Positions 48,689 through 52,841 of a stretch of 52,841 nt of DNA are shown piece by piece. The stretch's first letter is position 1. Each line of letters opens with the position of its first letter. The notes beneath the pieces are model-generated. The model had not been told where the DNA came from. It was given only the letters and a program-made list of their open reading frames with translations, and searched no databases. This DNA is from a virus (taxonomy: Duplodnaviria; Caudoviricetes): the IMG/VR virus record IMGVR_UViG_3300008255_000162, positions 1 through 52,841 of that record; one strand, 5' to 3'. Both the position numbers and the translations under genes were made by a program.

Positions 48689-48844
48689 TGTAGCCGAGAT
48701 GTAGCCGTGCGATCGTCGAAAGCGAGCGTTGAATGCCGCATACTCGAAGAATGTACCCGTATGTAGCCACCGAGAGAGGAGTCCTTCAGTATATACTCTG
48801 ATCCGATCTATTAAACAATACCAGACGGCTACACTACACTACAC
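48689..48844. repeat. Iteron-like array B, homologous to array A
   Basis: TGTAGCC x3 and TGTACCC, then TATTAAACAATA, then GGCTACACTACACTACA, as at 2686-2766. Confidence 0.75.
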
Positions 48845-49270
48845 TGCCACGAGGTCATTCCAGGCGTCCTCATAGTCGCGCGCGTCTACCCTCCAGAGTA
48901 TACAGTAGTTGTACAGTACGGCGCGTTGCAGCGACTCGGGAAGCTCGTCGAACATGATGCGACGACCGAGAATGGCGTGCATCCTTCCATACGCCGGGGG
49001 CCATCGCCTTCCACAGTTGCCCCTATAGACATCAGTATCAATCGAGACTGCACCGTGATACAGTTTAGACGCGCAAGTCGCATCTAAAGAATACTGGTCG
49101 TACCTCGTGTGTGGGACTTCCACACCGAAAGAATAGTCATTCCGCATCCTATCTTTCTTGTACGCTCCGGTATAGACCACTGTGTAACAATGGTCGTTTC
49201 GGTACACGCGTACCCATCGAGGGCACCCGGTTGGAAGCAGTCGCGCTCGACGCTCATCCGTGTCTTTCAT
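48839..49270 (-). CDS. Hypothetical protein
   Basis: 143 aa; GGAGG upstream. Confidence 0.65.
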   Translation of the reverse strand: MKDTDERRARLLPTGCPRWVRVYRNDHCYTVVYTGAYKKDRMRNDYSFGVEVPHTRYDQYSLDATCASKLYHGAVSIDTDVYRGNCGRRWPPAYGRMHAILGRRIMFDELPESLQRAVLYNYCILWRVDARDYEDAWNDLVAV

Positions 49271-49473
49271 TCACCTGTCCTCCGTAAGTGATCAATATAG
49301 CGATCAAACTCGACCGTTCCTGTACGGAACTCCAAGTAATCTGCGTTCGCATCGACGATTGCGACCTTGTTCTGATACGGCAGTGCACCTGCCACGAACT
49401 TCATGGCGTCCAGCAATGACTGTTCCTTCTGTATGAAAGCAGTTTCCTCAATGTATACTGTGTTGGCATTGCA

Positions 49474-49935
49474 CTACCTGTCGAACGCAAGGCGGAAACC
49501 CAGGAAGAAGTCGCGGCGGGAAGGATCGATCCAGTTGCGGAGGGCGACCCGCACCCACGACGGGTCGCTGTTCCAGCCGCCGCCGCGGCAGACGCGGTCG
49601 GTACCTGAAGTGGTACTCGTCCACTGATGCACGAAACCGATCAGTCCGTATATTCCATCCGCGGTCACGATCTCCTCGTGAGAGTCGACTTCCGGTAGAA
49701 TATCAAGGGGCCAAGTCGAGAAGTTGGGTTCTCTACTCCACACTTCATGCTTGATCAGCTCCTCCTCTGAGGGGAGCCGGCCGTTTACGAATGCTGCGTA
49801 CAGCATCGAGTCGTTCCAAGACACGTTGACGACCGGACAACGCGGGTGGTGTCCGTGGTCGTCAGGCGTCTCCAATCCTGCCCACGTCAGGAAGTATTCG
49901 TACTCTTCTACTGTGACCAGATATGGCGATAACAT
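49474..49935 (-). CDS. FGE-sulfatase / C-type-lectin-fold protein with C-terminal DGR-type variable region
   Basis: VT.EEY..F, PVVNVSWND, RLPSEEE, GIYGL.G.V.QW, RVCRGGGW...GFRLA. Confidence 0.85.
   Translation of the reverse strand: MLSPYLVTVEEYEYFLTWAGLETPDDHGHHPRCPVVNVSWNDSMLYAAFVNGRLPSEEELIKHEVWSREPNFSTWPLDILPEVDSHEEIVTADGIYGLIGFVHQWTSTTSGTDRVCRGGGWNSDPSWVRVALRNWIDPSRRDFFLGFRLAFDR
49480..49596 (-). repeat. DGR-like variable repeat VR2
   Basis: Homologous to 34951-35067, with an NNC-type mismatch pattern. Confidence 0.75.
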
Positions 49936-50031
49936 GAAACGCTCCTGACCTTCGATGGCGAGTATCGACCACGCAGGTACTCGATACGAACTTCAGACGC
50001 AGCCGGCCTTGCTGCCCCGTTCCTCGACCGC

Positions 50032-50247
50032 CTACTGGATCCAGTCCCTCTCCGACTTCGGTGAGCACTGTTGAGGTGCCGTCCATTCCCGAGCGCGTCC
50101 GGACAGGATATGATCAGAGATGCAGTCATCGACGAAGTTGTTCCACGACTCTGACCGCATCGGGTAGTCGGGAGTTCCGTTCTCGATCTCACGGAAGGTT
50201 TCGAGATAGTCCGTCCACCAGAGGTTGATTGCTTCACGCTTGTTCAT
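50032..50247 (-). CDS. Hypothetical protein
   Basis: 71 aa in operon. Confidence 0.65.
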   Translation of the reverse strand: MNKREAINLWWTDYLETFREIENGTPDYPMRSESWNNFVDDCISDHILSGRAREWTAPQQCSPKSERDWIQ

Positions 50248-50248
50248 C

Positions 50249-50623
50249 CTACTTCCCCTTGTCTTTGACCAGAATGGTCAGTGTGTCTCTTTGTTCTTCT
50301 TCTTCGTACCAGGTAGATATCTTATCCCCGTTGCTGAATGAAACCGACTTCCTTTCTCTATCGGCAATCCACATGGGCCGGTATGCGCCCGAGTGGTGAC
50401 GGAACGCGCCGGACCACTTTTCCACTTCGCGTTGGTCGGGCAACCGCATTTCATACCAAGCGGCCATGAGCATTGCGTCCGACCAAGATATCCGCGCCTC
50501 GCTGCCTACTCTCTCCTGACTCCGAATAGGCTCTCGAAGAGTCTCGGCGCAGTAATCCTCGAAGTCTTCGACCGTGATCGGTCCGAGGATATGCAATCTG
50601 GGTCGGCTTCTGCACCTACTCAT
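50249..50623 (-). CDS. Degenerate FGE-sulfatase-like paralog lacking the variable region
   Basis: ITVEDFEDY...ISWSDAM..AAW...RLPDQRE; ATG at 50623 overlaps the upstream stop. Confidence 0.55.
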   Translation of the reverse strand: MSRCRSRPRLHILGPITVEDFEDYCAETLREPIRSQERVGSEARISWSDAMLMAAWYEMRLPDQREVEKWSGAFRHHSGAYRPMWIADRERKSVSFSNGDKISTWYEEEEQRDTLTILVKDKGK

Positions 50624-50919
50624 CGAGGTCTTCTTCGCTGACCAGGAGTAGATTCCTCGACCGCACCGAGAGGGTCTATGACCGTCATCGGTACATCCGA
50701 GAATATCGGCCTCGCCAACCACTCGAATAGTACGGTAGCGTCCATGAACTCAGTCACGAACTGCCTGTGATTGCTCCCATCCATATGGAATACGGCGATT
50801 GCACCCGGGCCAGCATTAAGTAGAATCTCGATAGACCTGACCTCTGCGCTGTACCGCCGGATCCAGGATAGATTGTTTACCGAATGGTAGTTACCCGCTA
50901 TGTCATACCAACCATTCAT
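50620..50919 (-). CDS. Hypothetical protein
   Basis: 99 aa; ATGA-coupled on both sides. Confidence 0.65.
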   Translation of the reverse strand: MNGWYDIAGNYHSVNNLSWIRRYSAEVRSIEILLNAGPGAIAVFHMDGSNHRQFVTEFMDATVLFEWLARPIFSDVPMTVIDPLGAVEESTPGQRRRPR

Positions 50920-51386
50920 TCTCTCACCTTCACGATTCGACCCTCACTGATCAGTCGTCCGGCAAACGATAGTCTGTCCGCGACCTTCATGAGCATCTCA
51001 GGTCCACCGTTAATGGCGGTATCATGATCCTTGTAATGACGCATTCGGTAGGGGATATCTCCGACCATTCTATCCATGCGGAGAAGGATCTCTTTAGCCC
51101 GATCCGGTATGGTCGGTCTCGGGTTACGCCGGTGAGACACGGAACCTACAACGCGGAAGTTATCACAGAAGGATTCGATCGAATCCGGGCTGGGGTACGA
51201 CTTGAGTGCGAGTACCAACCCGTTGTACTGCGCCAGAAGTTCGGCCATCGTGTTCCCGGTCGTATTCAACGGGCCGAACCCATCGAGCAGAGGGTCGCCC
51301 GTTCCAGCGGGAATGACCAGGGCGCCCCACCCGCCGGCATTCTGTCGCCAGGATCCATCGGCATAGATTTTCAGGTGTACACTCAC
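50916..51386 (-). CDS. Ribonuclease HI-like protein
   Basis: IYADGS, GGWG, N.MAEL.A, CDN, ADRLS catalytic pattern. Confidence 0.8.
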   Translation of the reverse strand: MSVHLKIYADGSWRQNAGGWGALVIPAGTGDPLLDGFGPLNTTGNTMAELLAQYNGLVLALKSYPSPDSIESFCDNFRVVGSVSHRRNPRPTIPDRAKEILLRMDRMVGDIPYRMRHYKDHDTAINGGPEMLMKVADRLSFAGRLISEGRIVKVRE

Positions 51387-51613
51387 AGCAGGTCACTCCC
51401 GAACTCGTCTACGACCGCCACTTGAATAGAGCCGAGGAACTCAATCTCGCGTTGCCAGTGCCTATTGGTATGCAGCGTCCGTCGATCACCACTGCTACAC
51501 ACGAGCGTCTGAACTGCACCGAGTAGGTCGGGAATGGTTCGATACGTTGTCTTTGCACCATCGATCCATGCGACATGCCCGGCCATTATAACTCCTCGAT
51601 TAGCGTCGACCAC
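51383..51613 (-). CDS. Hypothetical protein
   Basis: Small ORF coupled to RNase H; start uncertain. Confidence 0.5.
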   Translation of the reverse strand: MVDANRGVIMAGHVAWIDGAKTTYRTIPDLLGAVQTLVCSSGDRRTLHTNRHWQREIEFLGSIQVAVVDEFGSDLL

Positions 51614-51933
51614 GAATCCGTGTCGATCTGTATGCAGTCAGCAATGCCATCAATATGAACGATCATCGTTGGTACTATCTGCTTGCGTACCTGTCTAAGA
51701 GGAATAGCATACAGATCCGACTTGACGCCCAAGAACGTGACACGAAGCGGATCGCGTTCACCGTTCGACTCGATTGTGATAGACACCGAGTATTGACCTG
51801 ACCCTAAGCAGACAATCACGATGTTCACAATGCGCTTTGAACAGCGGAGTTCATGTCTAATCTCTCCGAGACTACTGGTCGTGTAGTCAATGGATCCTGA
51901 CATGATCACCGATTCCCCGATTCTCGTGCGCAC
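51586..51933 (-). CDS. Hypothetical protein
   Basis: ORF in the minus operon; start uncertain. Confidence 0.5.
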   Translation of the reverse strand: MRTRIGESVIMSGSIDYTTSSLGEIRHELRCSKRIVNIVIVCLGSGQYSVSITIESNGERDPLRVTFLGVKSDLYAIPLRQVRKQIVPTMIVHIDGIADCIQIDTDSWSTLIEEL

Positions 51934-52033
51934 GATCGACGGCGTGCATACCGGCGATCACCAGACACGTTCCCATCCCCAAAGCGATCAGCAGGATCAC
52001 GATCGCCCATACATACGGAAGGTACTTGACCAT

Positions 52034-52393
52034 CTATTCGTCCTCGAATGGAATGTTATCCTCACCGAGCAGTAAGTCGGCAAAGGCGTTGGAGTCGTAC
52101 TCCTCTGTCGTCCCGAACTGGTCGATCACGCGGTACGTCTTTCCCGGAACGATCGGAACATCGTCCAGTTTAGGTAGCGAGCCGCATACTCTCCAGTTCT
52201 TTATCTGTGCGTAGACTCCCACGCCCTCTCCGGGGAGACAACCATAGTAGTCGAACTCGACGTATACATGATCGTCATACACGACGATCAAGATCGGAGA
52301 GAGAGCCCAGATAGGATGCGTGTTGCCTCGCATGATACCGACCAACGCTTGCCCGTCGTACCTAGTTCGCTCGTATGACGGATGCTCTTTCAT
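52034..52393 (-). CDS. Hypothetical protein with acidic IPF tail
   Basis: GAGGT RBS; ends EDNIPFEDE. Confidence 0.65.
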   Translation of the reverse strand: MKEHPSYERTRYDGQALVGIMRGNTHPIWALSPILIVVYDDHVYVEFDYYGCLPGEGVGVYAQIKNWRVCGSLPKLDDVPIVPGKTYRVIDQFGTTEEYDSNAFADLLLGEDNIPFEDE

Positions 52394-52690
52394 GAATCTA
52401 CCTCTTGCTACTCGCAGTTAGGATCTTGCACAGGTTGGTCAGGTCGGTACCAGGTTGGGGGGGCTGCCTCGAATGCTGGTCGTCCGCGATTCGGCGGTGA
52501 ACCGTTCCTCCTGGACCTTCGGGGCGCGCACCCGAGGAGGGGGGCACGAACATCCTCTGTCTATACAGCACGAACCGGACTTGGGACCGGCGTTGTGGTT
52601 TAACAGGCGGGTTCAGGTCTTATTCATCTGCCTTCTGGTCGTAGCCCATTGCCATTCGAGCTACGCGTGACCATCCCGCCCGCCCCTCGC

Positions 52691-52840
52691 CTAAAGCATG
52701 TCCTCCAGGTCGTCAGCGCCGAGGAGGATCGTCACGTCTTCGCCCGCCTCCAGGATGCGAGCCGCCTCGTCGAGCGACTTGCGCAACTCAGAGAGGTCGC
52801 TACCGATCGCATTCTCGATCGCTTCGGCATTCTGGATCTC
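52691..52840 (-). CDS. Truncated 3' end of a hypothetical protein
   Basis: Open frame from the window edge: EIQNAEAIEN...DDLEDML-stop. Confidence 0.5.
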   Translation of the reverse strand, partial: EIQNAEAIENAIGSDLSELRKSLDEAARILEAGEDVTILLGADDLEDML

Positions 52841-52841
52841 G

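Larger units (their letters stand above)
2863..52463. repeat. Dispersed ~17-bp motif CCCCCCACCCCTGGTAC(C), at least 17 copies
   Basis: C-rich strand on + at 2863, 8112, 12171, 13498, 20341, 23059, 29302, 32993, 39153, 45111, 47519; on - at 20369, 33613, 41814, 45959, 48095, 52446. Confidence 0.9.
1..52841. mobile_element. Tailed dsDNA bacteriophage genome segment (podovirus-like, probably lytic), incomplete at both ends
   Basis: Terminase-portal-scaffold-capsid-adaptor-nozzle-ejection-lysis order on +; phage replication module on -; no host housekeeping genes or integrase recognised; truncated ORFs at both edges. Confidence 0.95.

Noticed and set aside
1-52841. Stop-codon reassignment (TAG readthrough genome-wide)
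   Set aside because: Core genes are intact in the standard code, and many end at TAG followed by a clear RBS and new start
1-52841. Prophage with integrase/att sites, or tRNA genes
   Set aside because: No recombinase, repressor, host flanks or cloverleaf recognised; the missing ends prevent full exclusion

Overview
The whole 52.8-kb window looks like most of the genome of a GC-rich tailed dsDNA phage with podovirus-type architecture. Both ends run into truncated ORFs that point away from each other, so some sequence is missing. The + strand arm (about 2.9-27.8 kb) carries packaging, head, short-tail, ejection-protein and lysis genes: TerL, portal, scaffold, major capsid, adaptor, nozzle, a 1938-aa internal protein and a DUF5675 lysin. 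The - strand arm (about 27.8-52.8 kb) carries replication and accessory genes: a UDG-fused family A DNA polymerase, primpol-D5 primase-helicase, SF2 helicase, Sak4-like ATPase, PD-(D/E)XK nucleases, SSBs, two amino-methyltransferases, a nucleotidyltransferase, a HAD phosphatase and RNase H. I found no integrase, RNA polymerase, tRNA, CRISPR array or reverse transcriptase. The main unexplained signals are: (1) two FGE/C-type-lectin genes whose 117-bp segments differ in the codon pattern typical of DGR adenine mutagenesis, with no template repeat or RT in the window; (2) a roughly 17-bp asymmetric motif, CCCCCCACCCCTGGTAC(C), found at least 17 times on both strands and in different reading frames; (3) two homologous iteron-like TGTAGCC/GGCTACA arrays; (4) a perfect 38-bp duplicated RBS-plus-start cassette flanking one gene. 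All family assignments come from motif recognition by eye; no searches were run.
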